NCBI GenBank assembly: GCA_951406725.2
Contig: OX597817.1
Coordinates: 119,970,001 to 120,034,000 of the forward strand
From: Octopus vulgaris
Lineage: Eukaryota
Reading direction: 5' to 3'
Length of the DNA: 64,000 nucleotides
In this document: positions 36,911 through 50,224 of the stretch, piece after piece
How the letters are laid out: each line of letters starts with the position of its first letter
Numbering within the stretch: position 1 is the stretch's first letter
The notes under the pieces: generated by a model
Database searches by the model: none
What the model was told of the DNA's origin: nothing
What the model saw: only the letters and a program-made list of their open reading frames with translations
Translations under genes and position numbers: made by a program

Positions 36911-39116
36911 TCACCATCATCATTTAACATCCGTTGTCCATGCTGGTATGAACTGGACAATTTGACTGGGCTGGCACGCTGGAAGGCTGCACCAGACTCC
37001 AGTCTGATTTGGTATGGTTTTCCAAGGCTGGATGCCCTTCCTAATGCCAACAACTCTGAGAGTGTAATGGGTGATTTTATGTGCCACTGGCAAGGGTGCC
37101 ATTTGTGTGACAACAGAATGCATGTGCATGCCACTGCCATGGGTGCCAATTTGCATGACACCGGTACCTACCACAACTGTGATTTTGCTCAGTTTGATGG
37201 GTCTTCTTCTGAAGCACGACATAATGCCAAAGGTCTTGGTCATTGCTTCCATGAGGCCCAACCCTTGAAAGGAACTCAGCCACCTTGCCTGCATGAAGCC
37301 TAACACTTGAAAGAACTCAGCCACTTTGCTTCTGTGAGGCACAACACTCAAAAGGAACTCAGCCACTTTGCCTCCATGAGGTCCAATGTTCAAAAGATTT
37401 TCTTTACATACCACCAGCTTGATGGGTCCTCTCAAGCACAGCACATTGCCAAAGGTATTGGTCACTAGTCATTGCCTCTGTGAGGCTCAAAATTCGAAAG
37501 TCATTCTTCACCACCTCCTTCCATGTCTTCTTAGGTCTACCTCTACCACAGGTTCCCTCCACAGTTAGAGATCAGCACTACTTTGCACAATTGTTCTCCT
37601 CCATACACATCACATGACCATACCAGCACAATCATCTCTCTTGCACATCACATTTGATTCCACTTATGCCTAACTTCTTTTCTCAAGATACTTACACTCT
37701 GTAAAACATGCATATCCAATGAAGCATGTTGGCTTCATTTATTTCAAGCCTACGCATTTCCTCGGTTGTCATAGCCTATGTTTCACTGCAAAGCAGTATA
37801 GCTGTTTGTGCACAGACATCAAATAATCTGCCTTTCACTCCATGAGAGAGGCCATTTGTTGCCAGCAGGGGTAGGAGCTCTCTAAACTTTGCTCAGCCTA
37901 ATCTTATTCTCACAGCTATGCTCTCAGAGCATCCACCTCTACTACTAACTTGGTCACCTAAATAATGGACGCTATCTATTACCTCCAGCTTCCCCACTGA
38001 CAGTTGATGGAGTCTATTTTCTGTGCATTTTCAGCATTTATTGTACCTGTGCACCTTCTACATACAAAAACTTAATTTCCCTGTTAACCCTCCTCTGATG
38101 TTGCTGCACCTTTTATGTGTCCAAAGCTTACAATGGGTACATAATATGAAGCTTCTACAGATTGAGCAGGGCCATCTACCTGAAGAGATTTGTGACTTGC
38201 TGACTTTAGTTTTTGCTAGATTAACTCTAAAACCCTTTGATTCTAGACCTTGCGTCCATACCTGGAACTTCTTCTCTGGTTTAGGTAGTGATTCAGCTAT
38301 AAGAGCAAGGTCATTGGCATAGATGAGCTCCAAGGGGCAGCCCATCTTGAATTCCTCTGTTATTGATTGGAGGACTAAGATGAACAAGAGGTGAACCAAT
38401 TCTTGGTGAACTCCTACTTGTGCCCTGAATTCTTTGCTGTACTCGTTGCCACCTCACCTTTCTAATAATATCTATGTACAAGGTTTGCACAGCTCTCACC
38501 AACTACTCGTCTATCCCTAGTCTCTGCATTGAACACCAGAAAAGTGATCAGGGGATCCTGTCAAAAGCTTTCTCCAAATCAAAAAGAGGTTTATCTTTGG
38601 TAAGGTATTTCTCCTGAAGATTCCTTACTAAAAATATAGCATCAGTGGTGCTTCTACCTGGCACAAAACCAAACGGCATCTCATCTAGACTCTCTCTGTA
38701 ACTTTCATCACCTGATCCAACAATTCAATACCTCTGTAATTATTTCTATCTAAGACATCACCTTTACCTTTATAGCAGTTGACTATGGAGCTGCTACACC
38801 AGTCATTCAGTATGACTCTTTCATGAACTACTTGATTTATAATACGGGTGACTATACCATAACCTACACAGCCAGATATCTTAAGTATCTCAGTGGTGAT
38901 TCCTGATGGGCCAGGGGTTTTCCCTGTCTTCATATCCTTAGTTGCTTTATCTACCAGGGTACTGTCATTTCGAGTAGCTGGTCCCTCAGTTGGGTCAACA
39001 TTTGGTAGACTCTTCTCATCCTATTCATTCTTTACATCCAGCAGTCTTTCATAATGGCATCTCCAAGCAAATTTCTTTGCAGACTCATTAAAAGCAAGTG
39101 CATTATCATCAATGCA
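36911..39116 (-). mobile_element. 5'-truncated, decayed RTE-clade LINE (reverse transcriptase, Cys-rich insert, 3' UTR, (GAT)n tail)
   Basis: MKTGKTPGPSGI..E, YKGKGD...NYRGI.LL, FGFVPGRSTTDAIF, DLEKAFDR, YANDL (YADD), VNLAKTKV, CSIC..C..C..W.H..C; frameshifts and stops. Confidence 0.92.
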
Positions 39117-41727
39117 GGCCTTCTTGAAATTATATTGTAGAAGGAATAAAGTATAGTTTTATCTGCACAGGAGTGAGGTAACTGCAAAAAGATTATTAAA
39201 GTACACGAGATAGAAGGACAACAAATCTTGGTATCTAATCTTCTGAATTAGATGGTTACCTACCAACTAAGCCTATCTGAAACAACTCACTAAAATTGAA
39301 AAGAGAACACCTAAAAGGTTACTCAACCTCATAGATTTAGCTAACAAATCTCCATCAAATTACAGCATTCAATTTTATCATTGATAATATGATCTTAGAC
39401 CTCCTACACATCAGAAAAAAGAGAAGATGGTCATACCTTTGATCATAATTTTGCTGAAATAGGGATGGCATGAGAAAATAAACAGCAAAACACTTATTCC
39501 TTAATCTTCTTTTGCTAGTAAAATATTTCACTCCCTTCACATAACACTAGCTGCTCCTTATTCCTCCACAGAACATCAACTCTCCATAATGGAATTTATG
39601 TGACATCAGTATTTTACTTAATGATGGTAACATTAAGCACTAATTAATCAGAGTATATAACTCCAATTCGTACATGATGTTTGAAATTCACTGTTTACTT
39701 TTTCTATAATATCAAATACATTTTGTAACAAGACACAGAATATGATATGTTGATATTTTTCTTTTGAATGAAAATATAATTTTCTAGGCTAACTGATGCA
39801 GATGCAGAGTTTGCTCAGCTTACAAATATATAAACTACATTTAATAACTGAGAGCTATTTGCACAAGAAGTAATATTTATATCTAATATCATGATTGCAC
39901 ATTTCCCCTTTTGTAATATTAGAACATTTCTATCTTAGATGGATTTTATTTCATTTAATATTATTTTCAATCTGCTCCTTATAGAAAAAGAAGAACAAAT
40001 AGACAGAGATAATTAAACAAATCAGAATTAGAATACTGATTAGTGAAAGATTCTGATAAAGATAATTACTGAAAAATTTCTAATAAATAATAAGAATAGC
40101 TCCAAATTTTCAGTGTAGCTTCCAACTATATGACATGAATAACAAAACTCTTATTAGACAGTTGCAATTTTTCTCTTGTACGAAACAGAGGCTGGTCCAA
40201 TTGAATACAAGGTATGTCTTTTGTATCATCACTTTTACTCTAAAGCTGCAAATATAAAGCAGTTATTTTGTAATATGACTCTATTGTTGTTTATCCTTCA
40301 TTCAGTCTTGATTAAGCAGACCTATAATCAGAACAGCATTAATTTATTATCATATATATATATATATATATATATAGGCTTGTGTATACATATATATATG
40401 TGCATCAACAATTATCTTCTTAATATTCTACACATCCTTCTTCCTCCTGCTGATGGGATGTACAAACACTAACACATTTGCATACTTTCTTTTATTCCTT
40501 TCACACTTTTCCCTCTTTCATATAAAAAAATAAAACCAGAAATGTGGGGGAAAAAAAGTCAACTAATTTGTGTACTTTGTCTTCTTACAAGAAGGATAAA
40601 TTACACTATCAAAAGAAGAAATGAATCTTTTCTTAAACTCTTTCAAGAGTAAACAATCCATACTTGAAATAGCTTCACATTAAAACAGATGAGAGTAAAG
40701 CAATATTTTAGAACATCAAACACACACAAAAAAAAATTCAAACAACAAAAAATACAATTGACAGCTAAAAGTCAATACAGATTAATTTCAAATGTCTGCT
40801 TTAAGATATAATTGCTATCTTTTGAGAAGAAATCAAGGAGAAAGTTTCTTAAGTAAATATTTATAAGATTATTCGTTAAATAGTTAGTTGCTATTTATAT
40901 CCATACTAAATACATACTCATGTTTTTATTAGATTTTTTTTTACCTTCTTTGGCATCAAATCCGAATATAAAAAGGTATTAAAATCCCTCTTGAAGAAAG
41001 GAAAATAAAATATTAATCAATGTAATATTACATTGTAAAACCTCTCTTCATAATCACTAATTTTTGATGGGCTTATAAAACAAAATAAATGGGAAGGTAT
41101 CAATAATACCATTTTCAAGTACCTTTGCTATTCTAATAATGAAATTCAATCATTAAGGATATATAAATATATATATATATAACAAAAAAGAACACATGCA
41201 CAAATACATATATATGTATGGATATAAATGTATGAACATATGTGTCTGTATATACATATATGCACACACACACACAAAGAATCAACAGAATATTTGTGTG
41301 ATGAGTATGACAATTTTTCTTTAGTTACATGCTTGACTGAACCCTATGCAATAAACAATACCATTATCAAACCAGAATAACTATCTCCATTTGTTTTTCT
41401 ATATACTACAAACATACTTTCCTCCAATTTGTCTCCAATATAATGACTTCTCTTGTCACACATATACTAATTTTCATTTATTTCCTCTCACTCCATTTCA
41501 AAGAAAACCTCCTAGAAAAAGTATAAAATGCCAGAAAAATGCTAGTAGACTATAGCAAACTGAAAGGTAAATGTCACTATCAACATTCTGAAAAATGAAT
41601 AAATATGTACTCTACTGAAAAGTACAGTACTAAGTGGTCCTTCAATTTAATATTGCATCCTTTTTATCTATATATGCTTGCACATAAAAACAATGTGCAC
41701 ATATATATACCTATGTGTGAGTGTGTA

Positions 41728-41769
<42 letters not shown>

Positions 41770-42890
41770 TATATATACATATGTATATGTTATTACATGT
41801 TTATATATATATATATAAATACACACACACAGATTATATATTTATATATATATATGGGTATGCATAGTGGTAGTAAGACTGGGATAAAACTCGCTCCCAT
41901 TCTAAGCAGGTTTTGTGGGATCTATTTGATATGCAATTTGCATTTTCCTTATGAAAATATAATTGTTCTTCTCAGGAGAGCCCTACCTATTAATGGTGTT
42001 TACAAAAGCAAATGGAGATATTTTATTTGTATTATTTTTATATTCATCATCATCATAATCATCATCGTTGTCATCATTAACATCACTATTAAAACATTTC
42101 ACCCTTCCAATAATTATGGCCATCAGCTGTCAATGTCATTAGCAGACTTTATCAATTATTTATCTTAAGTAGTTGTGTGTGTGTATGAATGTCATTGGGC
42201 TCAACTAACTGGCCTAACTATGAGGTATTTTCCTTGAGATTTCTGTAATCATTTTGCATGATTTTTGACAATAATTGTACTGACTACCAGGTCACCATCT
42301 TTTATCTTTTTATGAATATACCTTTCTTTTCCTCATCAAAACCCACCATCACCACAAACAGCTCTATTTCTTTATCATTAATTTTATTATTTATTTACAA
42401 TTCATCTAGTATTTATCTACAAATTCTGCCATGAACATAGCTATAAATTCTTACTTTTATTCTTAATTTTTCCTATCAATACCATCACAACATCAATATC
42501 ACTGATGCTATTAATATATCCCACCATATTAATAGCTATAAATTTGTACATTTATTACTAGTCTTATTTTCATTATCACTATTATCACAACATCAATACA
42601 ATACTTTATCATTAATTTATCTATTATTTATTTCTCATAAGGATTTTTGTTTACATTAATTTTTCAGTATTACTATCAATATTAATATATTTTATCTGGG
42701 AAATAACTTCAAATTGAAAGCCACTTACGCTGCTGACAATCCCTACTGTGTTCATACAACAAAATAAAGGCTCTTTCTTGGCCTCACATTTTATCATGTA
42801 TAATAGGAGTACTTTAAATAGTTCTACCATTCTCCTTTAAACATAAAATCTGAATTAATGTGTGTGTGTATGTCTCTCTCTCTCTCTCTG

Positions 42891-42926
<36 letters not shown>

Positions 42927-42927
<1 letters not shown>

Positions 42928-43147
42928 GAGGTGGAGCTGAAAAGTTCCTGGCTTTAAGGGTGTTGTGAAAGGCCTGGTTAGAGGCCCAAACTTCTGGGTT
43001 CTTTTACAGGGCTTACAAAAACTGAAGGACCACTGCAATAAGCGTGTGAATCTAAGAGGGGAATATGTTGAATAAAATCATAATTAACTGATACACCTGT
43101 ATATTTTTTTACCTACTCAAAGCCAGGAACTTTCCAGCATCCCTTTG
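42927..43147 (+). mobile_element. Mariner-derived MITE, second copy
   Basis: Aligns to 30118-30333; encodes GLQKLKDHCNKRVNLRGEYVE*. Confidence 0.8.
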
Positions 43148-43510
43148 TGTGTGTTATATATATATATATATATATATATTCATAAGTTTCTTTCATTGTT
43201 TATGACTATATTTTAATGTCAATTATTATATGTCTCATAAAGTAGGATCTTATGAAAGTATGATTTATATAAAAGGTATGAGATTCTTCATGCTTTTTAT
43301 GATTACACATTGTATTTACAATTTAAATTACTAGACTTTTAGAACAAAATGTTTTTGCAACACCTGATGGGAAATGGTAGATTCATAAATAGCATTTTAA
43401 AGTTGCAATTATATCAATGAGATAAATAACTGAACAACTTTTGTTTCCTGTCTGTGTATTTTTCAAAGCATCTAATAATCCTATATATATATATATATAT
43501 ATATGTATAC

Positions 43511-43658
43511 AACAAGCACTTGACTGGAACCCACAGAGGAAAAGGAAGTGAGAAACGACAAGCACTTGACTTGAACCCACAGGGGAAAAGGAAGCGAGGA
43601 TGCTCGAAGCAAACATGGAAGCAGAGCATTTTGGACAAAGGCTATCAGTTGTACAACT
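43511..43658 (+). pseudogene. RTE LINE C-terminal fragment with a tandem duplication of about 46 bp
   Basis: QALDLNPQGKRKRGCSKQTWKQS matches AL.WNPQGKR.RGRP..TW; acaagcacttgact...ggaaaaggaag occurs twice. Confidence 0.7.
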
Positions 43659-43930
43659 GATGTATACATACATACATACATACATACATACATACATACA
43701 TACTGATGTATGCACATGTGGTTATATATGTATGTGTGTTGACCAAAAAACATTTGAGTGAATTTTGGTATATGAAATCAAATGGAAAGTAAGTATCAAA
43801 ACAAGGGTTAAGATCTCTGGTGTAAATGCTATAATCTGAATAAACAAATATCTTCACTCTAATGTGGATTATTAAATACTTATTTTAAATTGTTGTTCAC
43901 CCAGTTTTTAATAAGCACCTACATGGATAC

Positions 43931-44316
43931 GTGGAGGCGCAATGGCCCAGTGGTTAGGGCAGCGAACTCGCGGTCATAGGATCGCGGTTTCGATTCCCAG
44001 ACCGGGCGTTGTGAGTGTTTATTGAGCGAAAACACCTAAAAGCTCCACGAGGCTCCAGCAGGAGATGGTGGTGATCCCTGCTGTACTCTTTCACCACAAC
44101 TTTCTCTCTCACTTTTACTTTCTGTTTCTGTTGTACCTGTATTTCAAGGGCCGGCCTTGTCACTCTCTGTGTCATGCTGAATATCCCCGAGAACTACGTT
44201 AAGGGTGCACGTGTCTGTGGAGTGCTCAGCCACTTACACGTTAATTTCACAAGCAGGCTGTTCCGTTGATTCGGATCAACCGGAACCCTCGTCGTCGTAA
44301 CTGATGGAGTGCTTCC
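43931..44316 (+). mobile_element. SINE family C (tRNA-derived), full-length young copy
   Basis: A box tggcccagtgg, B box ttcgattccc; TSD acatggata at 43921-43929 / 44317-44325. Confidence 0.92.
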
Positions 44317-45290
44317 ACATGGATATACATTTACACCTATATAAGCATAGGCATTTTTTGTTTATACACACGAGTATGTACACAAAATTAATTTTTGAGG
44401 TATCTCTTAGTAAAGTCATGGTAAGACTGTTACATGGTTTAAAACACTCAAACAATTAAAGCTGTGAGTCAATGTGGATATAAAAGAAAGAGAGAGAGAG
44501 ATAGAGAGAAACATATTCACAACACATTTATACACTACGTAATTATATTCACATATATATGTATGAGTATATAAATCATATACAACAGTATATAATTTAT
44601 ACAAGCACACACAACAAATGCACAAATATATAAGCTCACATGTTCCTTTTCCAACACAAAAATGCTACCGCTATTCTTTTAGCAAACAAATTACACCTAA
44701 CAATACAAATCACACATCGAGGATTGTAAAATCTATATATCCAACGCTAAAAATCATTTTGCCTTTAGTACTTACTCAGTCTTTTTATCTATTTACTTTT
44801 TCCTTTCACTTATTGCTGTTAGTCTCTCACCTCTTTTACATAATAAATTATTACTAGTAACAAAGTAGATCTTTACTCTTTTACATTGTAAAATGGACAA
44901 ATGAACGTGATTGTCAGATACATTTATGGAGAGAAACAACCATTTAGTACAAAACAGTGTATTGAATTTAGAGACATTTAAATAGATTTGCTTTTAATAT
45001 GTTAACTGTTACTGCAAACAAGATGTTCCCACAGGAAGCTTGCGATGATAAATCACTATTAATACTATTTCAATATTACTATCACTGCAGTTATTTTAAC
45101 CAACTTGTTAATATATATTTCAGATGACTTTTATCCTTGTCTGACAAATTTCTAATTCAACTATTTTGTCGTCTTCTTCTTTTACAGAAATTAATCTGGT
45201 TTCACATTTAAAGCATTAGAAATTCAATGGGTAATCAACTGCACAAGAAAAGTCATCATCATGATCTTCATCCCCACCACTACCATCATC

Positions 45291-45722
45291 ATCATCATCA
45301 TTTAGCAATGTTTACTTTTCTGTGCTTGTATAGATCAGATGGATACTTTAGGGCCACCAACCCCCAATTGCTTACAAACTAGGTAATATTCCCCCATCGC
45401 CAGGTATGTTTCCACATCACACAAGATTCAAAATTAAGGACACTGCTCGCACGACAGTGATGCTCATTTACAATCATCATGTAATATCAAAAGGAAACAC
45501 ATACACACATGCGTGCATGCACTCACGCATACACACATGCACATGCACACACACGGACACACACACACAAAACTAATTGCTTTTAGTTTACATCTACTAA
45601 ATCTAATTACAAGGTTTTGTTTGGTGTGAAGTTTATAGCAGAAGACACTTCCAGAAGTCAAAGTACCACATAGTAGGACGGAACCTGAAACCATGTAGAT
45701 GGAAAGTGGTCTCACACACACA
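45291..45722 (-). mobile_element. Old SINE with a family-A-like head and a (GAT)n RTE-like tail
   Basis: Reverse has catggtttcaggttccgtcctactatgtggtactttg...aagtgtcttctgctata; ends in a (cat)n array. Confidence 0.5.
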
Positions 45723-45747
45723 TTATATTTGCATTCTTGTCCCATTT

Positions 45748-45788
<41 letters not shown>

Positions 45789-46488
45789 GTGTACATACAC
45801 TTTGCTCTCTTATATGTAAGTATATATTTATCTAAATCTTGTATGACTCTATTCTTTCTTTCTATCAACCCTTTCACACTTATTCGTTCATTCCACTCTT
45901 CATTCTTTCATTCCCCCTCTCTCACATTTCCCTGCCTTCTCTTCTTGCTAACTTTCCCTCCTCTTTTCACTTCACTGTGTCCTTGTCATTTTTTCTCCCC
46001 CTCCTTAATTCTTCTGTCCCTCCGCTTCTACCTCTCTCTCTTCTCTCCCCATGTGATCAGTGTTCGGCTAAGCCTGATCTTTCTTTCTTGGTTTGGCCAT
46101 CATCTGTGTAACATCTATATTCCTTCCTGTACCTGTGAAATCTTGTATCCCTGCCATAAGGTTTTATTTCCACACACGCCAGCTTAATTTAATTCGTCCT
46201 TAGTCGAAAGACACCTGTTGTTATGTACTGTTATTTGTATTTGTGCAACATTCTGTTTCTTTTTCATCCTTGTTTCCATATACATTCACTAATTTCTTCC
46301 AAGGAATCTAATACTCTTAGCTTAGTTTTTTCCTTGGGGCAGGCCAGATTGGAGCATCTAAAGTATAACCAGCCAAAATTGCAAAGATAATGTGTAACTC
46401 GACTGCGGAAAGAAAACTCTGAATGACCTGTCCTTGTTTTCTTTGTATTGTCTATCTGGATGTTTTGCATTCTTGTCTCATTTTGTAT

Positions 46489-46566
46489 TATATATATATA
46501 TATACATACATACATGCATACATACATACATACATACATACATACATACATACATACATACATACA

Positions 46567-46597
<31 letters not shown>
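46489..46597. repeat. (TA)n(TACA)n microsatellite
   Basis: Directly visible. Confidence 0.95.
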
Positions 46598-46598
<1 letters not shown>

Positions 46599-47100
46599 AA
46601 TGTATGCACATGTGGTTATATATGTATGTGTGATGTGTTTAAAAGTGTATACATTGCATAATACACATTCATGTAACTGGTTGTATGTTTGTCTTTGCTT
46701 CAGAAAATAAAACTCTGTTTAAATCTTTATTTACTAAAACAAAAGAAGAAAGGTTGCACTACTTTTTCCAAGACAAAATCTTAGCTAAATCAGAGCAAAC
46801 TTTGGAGATTTTTCCTTTTATCATAGCATTGGATTGACCAAAAACATTTGAGTGAATTTTGGTATATGAAATCAAATGGAAGCCTACTTCAGAAATTGCT
46901 CCTCTTCCTGAGTGCAGCAGTTAATCTCTCTGAGAGTGAAACACCACACCACCTTCTGACCGTTATGCACTCTTAGCTCTGTTGCAAGCATTTGACTAGA
47001 TTTGTGATCTGAGGATAAGTTCTTTCCTCCAACCCACCAGTCTATGAAAGTGTTATATATGCTATTGTTCTTCTAATTCATGTCAATAATAATAATAATG

Positions 47101-47317
47101 AAGATGATTTCAAATTTTTGCCACAAGGGCAGTTTGGGGAAGGGGATGAGCCGATTACTTTGACCCCAGTGTATCACTGGTACTTAATTTATCGATCCTG
47201 AAAGTATGAAAAGTGAAGTTGACTTCGGTGGAATTTGAACTTACAACATGGCGATGGGTGAAATACCACTAATTATTTTGTTGGGCAAGCTAACAATTCT
47301 GCCAGCTCGGCACTTTA
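47101..47317 (-). mobile_element. SINE family B in (TAA)n
   Basis: Aligns in reverse to 53758-54161; TAA arrays on both sides. Confidence 0.8.
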
Positions 47318-47330
47318 ATAATAATAATAA

Positions 47331-48146
47331 CCAACAAATTAAAAGATCAGGAAGCATCATGGAGGTGGCTCAACAAGGGTGACCTAAAAAAGAATATTGG
47401 AAGCCTGATCATCGCTGCCCAGGACCAGGCATTGAATACCAACTCAGTGAAAAAGAATATATACTACACAAGTGCAATGGACCTCTGCAGAATGTGTGGG
47501 AAGAAGGTCAAAAGCATGACTCACATTGTTAGCGCTTGTGAAAGACTTGTGTAGACATGACAAAGTAGCTCAAAACCTCCACTGGCTACTATGCCATAAG
47601 TATGGATATAAGGTTACAGGTGCTTGATACCAACATACATTGGAAATGGTTATGAACAAAAAGGAGAAGGCAAAAATCCTCTGGCAGATTGATTTCCAGA
47701 CAGATAGGGTGTTAGAGCACTGAAGGCCAGATGTAGTAACCTGTAGGATGGACAAACAGCAGTGCCTAATAATTGATGTAGCAGTGCCAGGAAATCAACA
47801 GATCATCATGAAAGAGAAAAGTTTGATAAATATGGATACCTGAGAATTGAGATCGCTAAGATGTGGCAGCTATGAGAGTCAAATATAAAGGTTATCCCTA
47901 TTGTCATTGGAGAATTAGGTTCAATATCACCCAATCTGAAAAGACATCTGAAAACCTTATAAATATCCTACAATATAGGTGTATTACAAAAGTCGGTATT
48001 ACTTGAATCTGCATGCATATTGCATAAGGTACTTTCTGTCTGAGGTCCTTGTTGTGACTTGACAAACAGTACAAACCCCTGGTAGACACAATATCTTCAA
48101 TCAACAACCTCAAAATATTGCAATCTGTGCAACGTCTATGATGATG
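47331..48146 (+). mobile_element. R4/Dong-clade LINE 3' end, second family, in (TAA)n
   Basis: SWRWLNKGDLKK...IIAAQDQALNT...CRMCGKK...HIVSAC...HDKVAQNLHW...RPDVV...IIDVAVP...KVIPIVIGELG...LQKSVLL...ILHKVLSV* (stop 48041-48043). Confidence 0.9.

Positions 48147-48202
<56 letters not shown>
48147..48202. repeat. (TAA)n microsatellite
   Basis: Directly visible. Confidence 0.95.
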
Positions 48203-48203
<1 letters not shown>

Positions 48204-48381
48204 GATGACAGTAGCACTCTTCTTTTAATTTTGACTCTATATTTTCTGGAGGATTTACCTCAATCCTTTATATATTAAAGTGAAGTAGATAGACAAAATT
48301 ATTTTTTGAACCTGTTGAAGACACATGAGATGTCGAAATATCATTCACTAGATGACAATGGCACTCTTCCTTTAATTTTGA
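48202..48381 (+). mobile_element. 147-nt hammerhead-containing unit with 33-nt terminal redundancy (retrozyme/pLTR-like)
   Basis: Direct repeats tagatgaca.t.gcactcttc.tttaattttga at 48202-48234 and 48349-48381; TAA arrays on both sides. Confidence 0.7.
48307..48347 (+). ncRNA. Degenerate minimal type I hammerhead (A6 to U)
   Basis: ugaac-CUGuUGA-a-gaca[caugaga]uguc-GAAA-ua-UC-auuca. Confidence 0.6.
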
Positions 48382-48436
48382 TTTAATAATAATAATAATA
48401 ATAACAATAATAATAACAATAATGATAATAATAATT

Positions 48437-48852
48437 AGGAGGTGGAGGAGAATACCAGTAATAATTGAAACACTGGGTATGATAAAAATATATGAACAAA
48501 AATATAGAAGCTATTCTTGGACCCTCAACACTACACACTATTCAAAAAATAACCCTGCTAGGAACAACCCACATCCTATGCAAGATACTATCAATTTAAT
48601 AGTACAACTCAATCAAAACAATCCTCAAACACATGACACACTCTATTCAGTAAACATTCAATAAAAGAAACAATCCCTACAACATGTACTCCATAGGTTG
48701 GATACTCAAAAGAAGGTAACAACTCACATTACATACAATGTACAAGACAAACACTAATACACAAAAAGACTCAAGCTAAACCCCTATTACAAGCAAACTG
48801 AAGTAATGCAATACAAGAAGAGTTTGTACTCCACCAACAACAACAACAACAA
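48437..48852 (+). mobile_element. R4/Dong-clade LINE extreme 3' end, third family
   Basis: IPVIIETLGMIK...IQKITLLGTTHILCKILSI* (stop 48597-48599); preceded by (TAA)n and ends in (CAA)n. Confidence 0.75.
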
Positions 48853-50193
48853 AAAATAAGAACAAGAGCACACAATGCTGCACCCACCTCAGCAACATGG
48901 TGATGTTGCAAGTGAATTTTGCCAGAAACTATCATATGTTGAATAACAACAACAGTAACAGCAGAAACAACATACTCTGTTATTTACTGAATATTCATTT
49001 AAGTTTGTATTTATAAATAAGAGTTCACTGAACAGCATTTTCCTTTATAACAGAAAATTTTATTAAAAATTTCCTTGACAACTATGACTCAGATTAAAAA
49101 CCTATATGTCAGCTACGCAATAAAAAAATAATAATCAAGGATCTGGTGGTAGTGTCATTCTATTTGGAATTAAATTTTGTTTCAGAAATTCTGCATCACT
49201 TTATGACATTAACATAAATGCCCAATCAATCACAAAAGTAGTGATTTCTAACAGAAACATCTATACGAAAGAAAAATTTACTATTCTGAGCACAATTTCA
49301 AGACATTCTATCAAAACAGAAATTATTGGCAAAATTTTGTCTCCACAGATACTGTTGTGCAAATGATGTAGTTTTAACAAACACAAAGTATGTTAGCATT
49401 CAAGAAAATCAAGAAGCAAAGAAGTTTGGCTTTAAACTGAAATGATGTTTAAAGACACAGATTTATGATATATTTTTAATTCATGCTGTTTAAAACTTAT
49501 CTTTCTTCCAAAGGTTATAATTTAACCTGCATTTATATGTTTAAAAATTATATTTGGCCTGTCAGTTGCTTCCGAGATAGATTTGTTTTTGTGTTGTTTT
49601 AAATCTGGTTATGCAATTACTTCAGTAATCTTTCATTACAAGCATGTTCATGATCAACACTACCAACAGTCACCAATAAGTAACAACAGTTAGGCTGAGT
49701 GTTATTCTTTTTTTTTATTTAATTTCTAGTATATAGACATTTTTAATGTTCAGTAGCTTAAATTTGTCTATAAATATTTTTTCACCTGCCTCTCTGACTT
49801 GTTCAGAAGTAAACAAATAATCAGTAGGAAGGAGTAATAGACAAAGCTATCTCAGCAGCACCATTTCTCTTTAGGATACACTTTAATGATGCATTAATGG
49901 TAATGTACAGATAATTAATGTGTCAATAACCTGTTATTATAAACTCAAATATAAAAAGAAATTACTATTTCTTAGAAATCTCTATTTGGCTTCACCAAAT
50001 TAAGGAAAAAAACTTTTTTTTTTTTGACAAATATCCTTCAAATTCTAAAAAAGGAAAGCAATAGAGTTACAGGAATACAAGATTTAAAGAAAAACTTTTA
50101 AAAAGTAAGACAATTATAGTAAAATACACAACAAACTGATAAATTAATTTTGACATAATACATAAGTTAAATTTATAGAAACTGAATGAATAT

Positions 50194-50224
<31 letters not shown>

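Noticed and set aside
40187-40217. Possible micro-exon (E)AGPIEYK followed by gtatgt
   Set aside because: Weak acceptor, and adjacent to a decayed family E repeat.
43931-44010. tRNA gene candidates at SINE heads (also 28022-28095 and 25562-25635)
   Set aside because: A/B boxes are present, but no full acceptor stem forms and each continues into a repeat body with TSDs.
46330-46435. Hammerhead-like pieces (ggcagg...ccagcc-aaaa-ttgcaa; ctgcgga...gaat) in an insert between TA tracts
   Set aside because: Core nucleotides and stem I could not be assembled; possibly a decayed Penelope-like end, but unsupported.
46940-47050. Possible Rex1/Babar LINE terminal peptide (DLRISSFLQPTSL)
   Set aside because: Similarity is too short and degenerate.
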